From the NCBI GenBank assembly GCA_963677105.1, contig OY781871.1:360001-392000 (forward strand): DNA of 32,000 nucleotides, in the 5' to 3' direction. A program made the translations under genes and the position numbers. Of the stretch, positions 7,299 through 17,900 are shown piece by piece. The notes under the pieces were generated by a model. That model made no database searches. It was not told the origin of the DNA and was given only the letters and a program-made list of their open reading frames with translations. Source of the stretch: Candidatus Saccharimonadota bacterium. Lineage in GTDB: Bacteria > Patescibacteriota > Gracilibacteria > UBA4473. Positions within the stretch are counted from its first letter, which is position 1; every line of letters starts with the position of its first letter.

Positions 7299-7331
7299 TC
7301 TTATAATCTGTCGATTATGAGATATTTTTTG
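7299..7331 (+). terminator. Rho-independent terminator after tRNA-Leu
   Basis: TCTTATAATC-tgtc-GATTATGAGA (10 bp, one G-U), followed by TATTTTTT. Confidence 0.6.
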
Positions 7332-7402
7332 TTTTCTAAAAGAAGTATTTACTTTTTCATGTTTTATGTTATAGTGAATTTGTGATTATCTAATTTTTAT
7401 AC

Positions 7403-7612
7403 ATGTCACTTATTGAAGAATATGGACTTAGTGATGATTATCCAGAAGGATCAGATATTCCAAGGGCTGTAGAACTAATTAAAGAATTAGAAGAAAATGG
7501 CTATTTAATAAGAGCTACTACTCTAGCAACAAATATTCAACTCCTAATAAAAGAAAAGCCACCCGCCATTCATAAAAGAGTTGATGAAATTATAAAGGCG
7601 GCATTATCTTAA
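7403..7612 (+). CDS. Hypothetical protein (69 aa)
   Basis: ATG ORF with acidic/helical composition. No motif recognised. Confidence 0.4.
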   Translation: MSLIEEYGLSDDYPEGSDIPRAVELIKELEENGYLIRATTLATNIQLLIKEKPPAIHKRVDEIIKAALS

Positions 7613-7634
7613 TTTATTTTAAAAAACCCACTCA

Positions 7635-7669
7635 TTTGTACTCTGTATTTTGTAATTTGAACTTTGATA
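7635..7669 (+). repeat. Heptamer array d: TTTGTAC TCTGTAT TTTGTAA TTTGAAC TTTGATA
   Basis: 7-nt period. Occupies the convergent gap and ends 1 nt before the stop codon (7671-7673) of the minus-strand 202-aa gene. Confidence 0.85.
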
Positions 7670-7670
7670 T

Positions 7671-8279
7671 CTAGTAGCACTCAATCTTATACTCAACACG
7701 ATCCGCATTTTCTCCGGATTTAATTTGGTATGTCAAAAATGCTGTTTCATCATCCAATATCATACTATTTGGAAGATTTCTCATCTGAGCTGGAACTAAA
7801 TCATTCACCGTAACAGCTGCACTATAAACTGATTTTTGTTTTTTAGCAGCAATTCCCATGATTTGAATTGACCCAATTTGTGGCTGATCTAAATCACGAA
7901 ATTCATCTCGTAAACGCACGATTATTCGTGCTCCGTTTGCACACGTATTTTCATGAATCATAAATGAAATCATTCCACTTAAATCTTTGGCTAACAAATA
8001 TTCATGTCCACTTTTAACAGCTGAATCTTTTTGTTGAATAGCCCTTAGAGCAAGACTCATTTCTTTTATTTCTTCTAACAATTCTTGTTGCACTGCTTTT
8101 TCTGGTGACACAAGTGATGTTTTCAATTCTTCCCACGGAGTCATTATGACAGCGACTACAACTACAACAAGCCCCACTATACCAAAAGAAACATTTCGAA
8201 TAACTGTCCCAGAAATTTCAATAAATTCAGGTTTTTTCTTTCCTTTCTTGATATTAAAATTTTCGGGGAGATTCATCAT
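7671..8279 (-). CDS. Hypothetical membrane-anchored protein (202 aa)
   Basis: Single N-terminal TM segment (VSFGIVGLVVVVVAVIMTPW) followed by a ~150-aa domain. Lies downstream of thrS on the same strand. No motif recognised. Confidence 0.55.
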   Translation of the reverse strand: MMNLPENFNIKKGKKKPEFIEISGTVIRNVSFGIVGLVVVVVAVIMTPWEELKTSLVSPEKAVQQELLEEIKEMSLALRAIQQKDSAVKSGHEYLLAKDLSGMISFMIHENTCANGARIIVRLRDEFRDLDQPQIGSIQIMGIAAKKQKSVYSAAVTVNDLVPAQMRNLPNSMILDDETAFLTYQIKSGENADRVEYKIECY

Positions 8280-8353
8280 GGATAATTGTAGCGAGAAAAT
8301 TTTTACTATGCAATAAATGTCTTACAGGAATTGCTAATCTTTTCAAAGGATAA

Positions 8354-10078
8354 TTATTGTAATTTTTTTAACAGTGATGCGAGAGACATATTCATATCTT
8401 TTTTTTCTCCATATTTTCGAACAGTGAGTTCACCTGATTTTAATTCTTCATCACCAATTATTGCTGCAAATGGTATTTTTCGTGTCTGAGCCAATCGAAT
8501 ACGTTTTCCAAGTGTTTCTCTTGGATCGAGTAATTCAACGAAAACACCTTCTGATTCAAGTTCTTTCTGAACCTCTTCCGCTCGCTTCATATGCGCATCA
8601 GTTACCGGCAATAATGAAATTTGAATTGGTGCAACCCACGCTGGTAAAGCTCCAGCTGTGTGCTCAATAAGAATTCCGATAAATCGCTCAATTGATCCAA
8701 AAATTACACGATGCAACATCACTGGTCGATGTTTTTCTCCATCCGCACCAACATAAGTAAGATCAAATCGTTCTGGCATTGCAAAATCAAGTTGAACGGT
8801 TCCACATTGCCATGTTCGCCCAATCGCATCTTTTAAGTGAAAATCCAATTTTGGTCCATAAAATGCTCCATCACCTGGATTAATTTTAAATTCTAATCCT
8901 GATTTTTGAATCACTTTTTCCAAAATAGATTCTGCTTTCTCCCACATAGAATCTTCTCCAATCGCTTTTTCAGGTTTTGTAGAAAGTTCGACATGAAAAT
9001 CGAATCCAAATTTAGAATAAAACTCTTTTGCGAGCTGAATTACATTTTTCAATTCTGTTTCTACTTGATCAATCGTACAGAAAATATGTGCATCATCTTG
9101 TGTAAACGCTCGCACACGAAACAATCCGTGTAATGTTCCTGATAACTCGTGTCGATGAACTAATCCTAATTCAGCTAAACGCAATGGTAAATCTCGATAT
9201 GAATGCAATCCATTTTTATAAATAAGCATTCCTCCCGGACAATTCATTGGTTTTACTGCAAATCCTTTTTCATCAATTTCGGTAAAATACATATTTTCTT
9301 TGTAGTTCGCATAATGTCCTGATTGATGCCACAAATCTTCGCTCAACATCATCGGTGTTTTCACATATTTGTATCCATATTCATCATGTTTTTCGTGCCA
9401 ATATTTCAATAATCGATTCATAACTGTCATTCCATTTGGATGCCAAAAGGGAAATCCTGGACCTTCATCATGAAAGGAAAATAAATCGAGTTCTTGTCCT
9501 AATTTTCGATGATCACGTTTTGCTGCTTCTTCAAGCACCATTAGATATTCATCCAGTTTTTCTTGGGTTGAGAAGGCAACTCCATAAATACGCGTTAACG
9601 ATGGTTTGTTTGCATCTCCACGCCAATACGCTCCTGCAATTTTCATAATTTTAAACGCTCCTAATTGTCCGGTAGATTCCAAATGTGGTCCCGCACAAAT
9701 ATCTCTATAAACAACTCTTCCAGATTCATCTTCAAAATCGTATGCAGAAATTTGTTCCCCACGTTTCACTATTCCTTCAATTAACTCTAATTTGAACGGA
9801 TCATCTGCCCAGATTTTCAAGGATTCTGCTTCAGAAAATTCTTTCCGAACAATTTTAAAATCTTTATTAATAATCCAACGCATTTTCTTCTCAATCGCCT
9901 TAAAATCATTTTCTCCGAGTGGATTTTCACCAAAATCAAAATCTTGATAAAACATATCTTCCGTCCATGGACCAACTCCAAGTTTAATCTCTTTACTCAT
10001 CATTTTGACTGCATATGTCATAATGTGTGAACCGGTATGTCGTCGCATCACTTCGAGATCGAGTTTTTTTTCGTTCAT
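8354..10078 (-). CDS. thrS: Threonine--tRNA ligase lacking the N-terminal TGS domain
   Basis: 574 aa. The editing/SAD HxxxH is already at residues 14-18 (RHTGSHIMTYAV). Class II core motifs are present (FRVRAFTQDDAHIF, GAFYGPKLDF) with a C-terminal anticodon-binding domain. Confidence 0.93.
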   Translation of the reverse strand: MNEKKLDLEVMRRHTGSHIMTYAVKMMSKEIKLGVGPWTEDMFYQDFDFGENPLGENDFKAIEKKMRWIINKDFKIVRKEFSEAESLKIWADDPFKLELIEGIVKRGEQISAYDFEDESGRVVYRDICAGPHLESTGQLGAFKIMKIAGAYWRGDANKPSLTRIYGVAFSTQEKLDEYLMVLEEAAKRDHRKLGQELDLFSFHDEGPGFPFWHPNGMTVMNRLLKYWHEKHDEYGYKYVKTPMMLSEDLWHQSGHYANYKENMYFTEIDEKGFAVKPMNCPGGMLIYKNGLHSYRDLPLRLAELGLVHRHELSGTLHGLFRVRAFTQDDAHIFCTIDQVETELKNVIQLAKEFYSKFGFDFHVELSTKPEKAIGEDSMWEKAESILEKVIQKSGLEFKINPGDGAFYGPKLDFHLKDAIGRTWQCGTVQLDFAMPERFDLTYVGADGEKHRPVMLHRVIFGSIERFIGILIEHTAGALPAWVAPIQISLLPVTDAHMKRAEEVQKELESEGVFVELLDPRETLGKRIRLAQTRKIPFAAIIGDEELKSGELTVRKYGEKKDMNMSLASLLKKLQ

Positions 10079-10195
10079 TTTTAGACTAATATTTTAAAGG
10101 AAACACTCTCTGCTGGAGAGCCTGTGTATATACCACAAACTCAAGGATTTAAAATCCCATTACTATTGTGATATTCGTCCTTTTTCCCTTCATCG
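10079..10195 (-). promoter_or_regulatory. thrS 5' leader with attenuator-like alternative hairpins (T-box-like features, unverified)
   Basis: Minus-strand reading: tGCGATGAagggaaaaagg (like a K-turn/GA-motif T-box start), ACA-A in atcACAAtag, gtTTGTGGTAtatacac containing UGGU, then hairpin ACAC(agg)CTCTC-cagca-GAGAGTGT followed by TTTCCTTT. The small hairpin TGTG-gtatata-CACA competes with the 5' arm of that stem. Confidence 0.35.
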
Positions 10196-10201
10196 CAGAT
10201 G

Positions 10202-10230
10202 AGTATACGACGAGAAAAAAATGAATGCAA
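10202..10230 (-). promoter_or_regulatory. Sigma70-type promoter of thrS (TTGCAT-17-TATACT)
   Basis: On the minus strand, TTGCAT (10230-10225), 17-nt spacer, TATACT (10207-10202). Confidence 0.6.
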
Positions 10231-10336
10231 ATTTTCTGCATTTTTTTACACGAAATGACATAAAATGTGCTGAAAAAAATATTGCCTAAACCGTAAAATA
10301 TACCGATAATTCGCATGAATTTTAATCTCTTTATTC

Positions 10337-11338
10337 ATGAAACGTATTGCCATAAACGGATTTGGAAGAATCGGTCGCGCTGCTGCACGAATTATTCTTG
10401 AACATCACTCTGACACACTTGAGTTGGTTGCCATAAACGATCCTTCTCCAACAGAAACAACTGCTCATCTTTTACAATTTGACAGCAACTACGGAACTTT
10501 TGATCAAAATGTTGAAATCCTTCACGAAGGCGATAAAGAAATTCTCCTTGTTGGAGATCACCAAATTCGAAGTTTTTCTACTAGAAATATTTCTGATTTA
10601 CCGTGGAAAGACCTCAATATTGACATTGTGATGGAATGTACTGGAGTATTTCGAACAAAGGAAAAATGCCAGCCACACATAGATCAAGGAGCGAAAAAAG
10701 TATTGCTTTCAGCTCCAGCAAAAGACGATAACTTCAAAACAATTGTTTTGGGAGTGAATGATGACGATTTACAAGACGATGATACATTTGTCTCAAATGC
10801 AAGTTGTACCACAAACTGTCTTGCTCCGGTTGCAAAAGTTTTACAAGATAATTTTGGGATCGAATCGGGATTAATGACAACTATTCATGCCTACACAAAC
10901 GATCAAAATGTGCTTGATGTAGGACATAAGGACTTACGACGTGCTCGAGCAGCGGGATTAAATATGATTCCTACTTCAACGGGAGCCGCAAAAGCGGTCG
11001 GAATCGTTATTCCTGAATTAAAGGGAAAACTCAACGGACTCGCTGTGCGAGTACCAACTCCAACTGTTTCACTGGTAGATTTGGTAGTAAAACTAAAAAA
11101 TCCTGCAACAAAAGAAGAAATTAATTCTATATTGGAAGCAGCAAGTAATGAAAACCCAGCAATTATTGGATATGAAACTCGTCCTCTTGTAAGTAAAGAT
11201 TATCAATGTGATTCTCGAAGCACAATCGTCGACGCAAGCGAAACAAAAGTTATTGGAGACTTGGTAAAAGTTTTATCTTGGTACGACAACGAATGGGGGT
11301 ATTCATGTCGTTATGTAGACTTAGCATGTATGATGTAA
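10337..11338 (+). CDS. gap: Glyceraldehyde-3-phosphate dehydrogenase (type I)
   Basis: INGFGRIGR Rossmann start, active-site SNASCTTNCLAP, and WYDNEWGYS near the C-terminus. Confidence 0.95.
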   Translation: MKRIAINGFGRIGRAAARIILEHHSDTLELVAINDPSPTETTAHLLQFDSNYGTFDQNVEILHEGDKEILLVGDHQIRSFSTRNISDLPWKDLNIDIVMECTGVFRTKEKCQPHIDQGAKKVLLSAPAKDDNFKTIVLGVNDDDLQDDDTFVSNASCTTNCLAPVAKVLQDNFGIESGLMTTIHAYTNDQNVLDVGHKDLRRARAAGLNMIPTSTGAAKAVGIVIPELKGKLNGLAVRVPTPTVSLVDLVVKLKNPATKEEINSILEAASNENPAIIGYETRPLVSKDYQCDSRSTIVDASETKVIGDLVKVLSWYDNEWGYSCRYVDLACMM

Positions 11339-11364
11339 TTCATTAATAATTGAACAACTAAAAT

Positions 11365-11396
11365 AACTCTCTCCGTAGTAGGAGGGAGTTTTTTTA
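11365..11396 (+). terminator. Rho-independent terminator of gap
   Basis: AACTCTCTCC-gtagta-GGAGGGAGTT (10 bp, one G-U), followed by TTTTTTT. Confidence 0.8.
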
Positions 11397-11793
11397 TTCA
11401 AAAGTTTTCCTTTTGTATCGAAACTTTTTGCTTCAATAACTTTGCCTAAAACCGTCCCCAATCACTTTTCATAATATTTGTATTTTTTGTATCGAAAGCT
11501 TTTTGTTTCAAAGTTTTCATATTGTTTTATTAAACAATAAAGTAGTTTACCAAATACTATAAATAAAATCAAACACTTTTTTGGCAAATATGAATAAATA
11601 GTCGTTATCTAAAAGAGGAAATTTCTTTGCCTCTTCTTAGAATACAAGTAAACTCCTCACGAATGGCTAGCAACTAAATGCTAATTGCGGCTCAGTACCG
11701 CCAGATTCGCCATCTGAAAAAGCTCTTCCCACGAAGTTCCTAACAAATCCCACATACGGGATAAGGCTCGTGCGTTCATAATTAAAAACAAAT

Positions 11794-13755
11794 ATGTCAG
11801 ATAAATTATCAAATTTTTTAGAAAAATCAGGACTTCTTCCTTCTGTTGGAGAACAGAAAAAGTCTTCTCCATCAGTAAATACTCAATCAAAAAAACCGAT
11901 ACCGAAATCCTCTTCCAGTTCTTCGAAACGAAATTTTGTAAAACGTCCAAGTAAAGTGATTCGACCAGCTCATCCAACACGATCTCTTCCTGTAAAAAGC
12001 GAGAAAAAAATGACTCCGACACAAGATGGAGGAAAACCTTTTGAACCACGAATCAAACCTCTAGATGTTACAAAACACATTCTGAATAACCGAAAAGTTC
12101 CTGCTGGATACGAACTTCGTGTCGTACCACTTGGAGGAATGGAACAAGTGGGACAAAATATGATGCTTGTCGAAACAAAAGAGGATATTGTCATAATTGA
12201 TATGGGATTAGAATTTCCTTCTGCTGAACATTTGGGAATTGATGTATTAATTCCGGACGTTTCATATTTGAAACAAAATAAAAAGAAAATTCGTGGAGTA
12301 ATTTTTACACACGGACATCTGGATCACATCGGTGGCGCACAATACATGATGCAAGATATTGGATTTCCACCAATGTACGGAACAAAACTTACTTGCGAAT
12401 TATTAAAAGCCAACAATGATAGTCCTGATGTAGTAAAAAATTACAAACTCTATGAAATAAATTCTACATCAAAAATAAAACTCGGAAAATTAGAAGCCGA
12501 ATTTTTTCATGTAAATCACTCAATCCCTGACGCAGTAGGAGTAGTTATTAACACTCCTTTAGGAGCTATTGTTAACTCTGGAGATTTCAAAATTGAACAT
12601 AATCCTTCTGATAATTCTCCTGCAAACTTGCGTCGAATCCAACAAATTGGTGATCGTGGAGTAATCTTGGCAATGATTGATTCTACAAACGTAGAACGCG
12701 ACGGAAATACTCAACCTGAAGCAGAAATTGAAGCTGAATTAACCAGTACTATTCGTGGAACAAACGGACGAATCGTAATCGCTACATTTGCTTCGAATAT
12801 CGGACGAATTGCTCGAATTGTCGAAGCTGCAGAAAAAGATGGGCGAACCGTTTTTATCTCTGGACGTTCTATGGATAGAAATTTAGCAATTGCTCGAAAA
12901 TTAAAGTATTTGAAATGTAAAGAAAAAACACTTCAAAGAATGTCTAAAGCTGCTGAATCAATGCCAGCAGATAAGGTTTTAATTCTTTCAACTGGATCAC
13001 AAGGAGAAGAACTTGCTGCACTTACGCGAATGGCAGCAGGCACTCATCGTGATATCAAACTAACTCCAAAAGACACCGTCATTTTCTCTAGTTCTCCAAT
13101 TCCAGGAAACGAAATTGCGATTGTTTCTGTGCTCAATAATTTAGCTGATCGCGGTGTAACAATGCTCGATAATAAAAAACTTGATAGTCATGTTTCTGGT
13201 CACGGTCATGCAGAAGAAGTAAAACTTATGACTTCTCTTCTTCGACCAAAATTCATTGCTCCAATTCATGGAGAATTGTACATGCGCCATCATCATAAAA
13301 ATTTAATTTGCAAAGATTTGAAATTACCAAAAAATCACGCCATTGTGATGAAAAATGGACAAGGAGTTGTACTTTCTGCGAAAGGAATGCGAGCAATGAC
13401 AAAAAATGAAATTCTTCCTCAGGCACCAGTTCTCATTGAAATGCGCGAGAAACTAAAAGAACATATCCTTGCTGATCGTCAGCTCATGGCTGATGGCGGA
13501 ACTATTTTGATTGGAATTTCACAACATGATGGAACAATTAAAAATATAACAATACGTTCTCGTGGATTCCGATATATGGGACAAAATCATGAAATTTTCA
13601 AAATTTTAGAGAAAGAAATGCGTACTGTTTTCACCCGAAACTTTGATTCGAGCCGTCCAATGAACGCTATCGAAGAGACACTTCGAAAATCTGCTGCTAA
13701 AATATTGTGGCAAAAATTTAAAAAAGATTCTCTGGTAGAAGTGATTGTGCTGTAA
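11794..13755 (+). CDS. rnj: Ribonuclease J (metallo-beta-lactamase/beta-CASP) with a basic low-complexity N-terminal extension
   Basis: LRVVPLGGMEQVGQNMMLVE, HGHLDHIGG (HxHxDH), beta-CASP and a C-terminal domain. The conserved core starts near residue 107. Residues 1-100 are K/S/P-rich, so an internal start (for example M73 at 12010) cannot be excluded. Confidence 0.9.
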   Translation: MSDKLSNFLEKSGLLPSVGEQKKSSPSVNTQSKKPIPKSSSSSSKRNFVKRPSKVIRPAHPTRSLPVKSEKKMTPTQDGGKPFEPRIKPLDVTKHILNNRKVPAGYELRVVPLGGMEQVGQNMMLVETKEDIVIIDMGLEFPSAEHLGIDVLIPDVSYLKQNKKKIRGVIFTHGHLDHIGGAQYMMQDIGFPPMYGTKLTCELLKANNDSPDVVKNYKLYEINSTSKIKLGKLEAEFFHVNHSIPDAVGVVINTPLGAIVNSGDFKIEHNPSDNSPANLRRIQQIGDRGVILAMIDSTNVERDGNTQPEAEIEAELTSTIRGTNGRIVIATFASNIGRIARIVEAAEKDGRTVFISGRSMDRNLAIARKLKYLKCKEKTLQRMSKAAESMPADKVLILSTGSQGEELAALTRMAAGTHRDIKLTPKDTVIFSSSPIPGNEIAIVSVLNNLADRGVTMLDNKKLDSHVSGHGHAEEVKLMTSLLRPKFIAPIHGELYMRHHHKNLICKDLKLPKNHAIVMKNGQGVVLSAKGMRAMTKNEILPQAPVLIEMREKLKEHILADRQLMADGGTILIGISQHDGTIKNITIRSRGFRYMGQNHEIFKILEKEMRTVFTRNFDSSRPMNAIEETLRKSAAKILWQKFKKDSLVEVIVL

Positions 13756-13765
13756 TCTCTAGATC

Positions 13766-14278
13766 ATGAATTTATTTATTCTCTCGCAAATTCTTGTCGG
13801 AATAGCTTTTTGTACAGATTTAATATCTTTTCAATTTAAAGAACGAAAAAAGGTTGTGTTATTTTTATGTCTTTCTTCTGCACTTATTTCCACTCATTAC
13901 TTTTTACTTGGAAGAAATACCGCTGGACTTCTTGTTTTTATTTCTATAATTCGTTTTATTACTTCTTATTTTTCAACACGAAAAATTTTAATGTTCAGTA
14001 TTATTGGATTAAATATTTTAGGATTCCTTCTCACATACTCTTCACCCCTTTCATTTATTATTCTTTTTGCGTTAATTTTAATAACAATTGGCGCTTTTCA
14101 AAAAGAAGATAAATCTCTCAGAAGGATCATTATGATGGGAACTTGTTTTGTTATAACATACGACATTCTTATTTTTAGTCCGATAGCAATTATATTAGAA
14201 ATATCATTTTTACTAAGTAACGTCATTGGATATTTTCGTTTTTATTACAAGAAAAAAAAGAAAGTCATTTATACATAA
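13766..14278 (+). CDS. YgjV-family inner membrane protein (5-6 TM)
   Basis: 170 aa and polytopic. The N-terminal pattern (Q.LVGIAF..DLISFQFKERKK....L..SALISTHYFLLG...AGLL..I...R) resembles the E. coli YgjV family (PF10688) as I recall it. The start is 10 nt after the rnj stop. Confidence 0.55.
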   Translation: MNLFILSQILVGIAFCTDLISFQFKERKKVVLFLCLSSALISTHYFLLGRNTAGLLVFISIIRFITSYFSTRKILMFSIIGLNILGFLLTYSSPLSFIILFALILITIGAFQKEDKSLRRIIMMGTCFVITYDILIFSPIAIILEISFLLSNVIGYFRFYYKKKKKVIYT

Positions 14279-14279
14279 A

Positions 14280-14345
14280 AAATCTATCGCAAAAGTACTC
14301 TAACAAAAATTTAAAAAAGATTCACTTGTAGAAGTTGTTGTAATA
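14280..14345 (+). pseudogene. Displaced, decayed copy of the last ~23 codons of rnj
   Basis: Translates KKSIAKVL*QKFKKDSLVEVVVI, versus the authentic rnj end RKSAAKILWQKFKKDSLVEVIVL* (13684-13755). By hand count, 52 of 72 aligned nt are identical, including an uninterrupted identical run CAAAAATTTAAAAAAGATT. The W codon is replaced by TAA. Confidence 0.75.
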
Positions 14346-14355
14346 AAAAATATTT

Positions 14356-14386
14356 AAAAGCCCCACATCAATGAGGGGCTTTTTTG
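14356..14386. terminator. Bidirectional rho-independent terminator between the rnj/ygjV-like unit and the convergent 93-aa gene
   Basis: AAAAGCCCC-acatcaatga-GGGGCTTTT, with a T-run on the plus strand and TTTT on the minus strand. Confidence 0.8.
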
Positions 14387-14413
14387 TTTCTGTTATGCTA
14401 TTACAAACTCTTT

Positions 14414-14695
14414 TTAGGAAGAATGTGTAGTAAATCTTCCTGATGGTGTAAGTAACTGCCCATTATTTGGATCTTCTGGTGTCGCAATTTTTACATTCTC
14501 AATACTCTGATTTAACCATGGACGAACTAAATAGGTCTTGTCGACGTCTAAATTCAAGTCCCCCGACAAAACATTCTCCACTTTTACGGCTAACTCCGCT
14601 GCCAATTCTTCTGCCAACTGTTGCCCTGTTAATTCTACTCCATCTCGTTTTTGAAATTCGGGATATTTTGAAAACCGATCCAATAGATTCACCAT
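14414..14695 (-). CDS. Hypothetical protein (93 aa) immediately downstream of 5S rRNA
   Basis: ATG ORF preceded by its own near-consensus promoter. No motif recognised. Confidence 0.5.
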   Translation of the reverse strand: MVNLLDRFSKYPEFQKRDGVELTGQQLAEELAAELAVKVENVLSGDLNLDVDKTYLVRPWLNQSIENVKIATPEDPNNGQLLTPSGRFTTHSS

Positions 14696-14720
14696 TTGAA
14701 AATATTTTTAAAGCAATGTC

Positions 14721-14748
14721 ATTATACATAAAAAACAAAAAAAGTCAA
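14721..14748 (-). promoter_or_regulatory. Sigma70-type promoter (TTGACT-16-TATAAT) for the 93-aa gene
   Basis: On the minus strand, TTGACT (14748-14743), 16-nt spacer, TATAAT (14726-14721). Confidence 0.65.
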
Positions 14749-14772
14749 TACTCTTCTCAAGTTATAAAAAAC

Positions 14773-14895
14773 TCTGTGTTGATGTCGACCTACTTTCCCA
14801 GGATAACTCCAAGTATCATCGGCGCTGAAAGGCTTAACTGCTGAGTTCGGGATGGTATCAGGTGTACCCCCTTCGCTACAAACATCAACACAGAG
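14773..14895 (-). rRNA. rrf: 5S ribosomal RNA (ends +/- 5 nt)
   Basis: The reverse complement reads ...GTAGCGAAGGGGGTACACCTGATACCATCCCGAACTCAGCAGTTAAGCCTTTCAGCGCCGATGATACTTGG...GGGAAAGTAGGTCGACATCAACA, collinear with bacterial 5S. The terminal helix is formed by CTCTGTGTTGATGT / ACATCAACACAGAG. Confidence 0.93.
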
Positions 14896-15009
14896 TTTTC
14901 TAATTCTAGAATATAACTCTGATACGTAACAAATTCCTAAGGTCATTCAAATGTTTCTGAAACATTTCCTCTAAATTGTTCACCGAACGATGAAACAAAT
15001 TACTTGAAA

Positions 15010-17900
<2,891 letters not shown>

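Noticed and set aside
11681-12049. 122-aa minus-strand ORF overlapping the rnj start
   Set aside because: It overlaps the rnj N-terminal coding region in antisense and has no start context or motif. Its 3' part coincides with the GC-enriched segment, which is treated separately as a possible RNA.
14467-14946. ORFs 14467-14844 (+), 14499-14738 (-) and 14722-14946 (-)
   Set aside because: They overlap the 93-aa gene on other frames or run through the 5S rRNA and its promoter region. No independent support.
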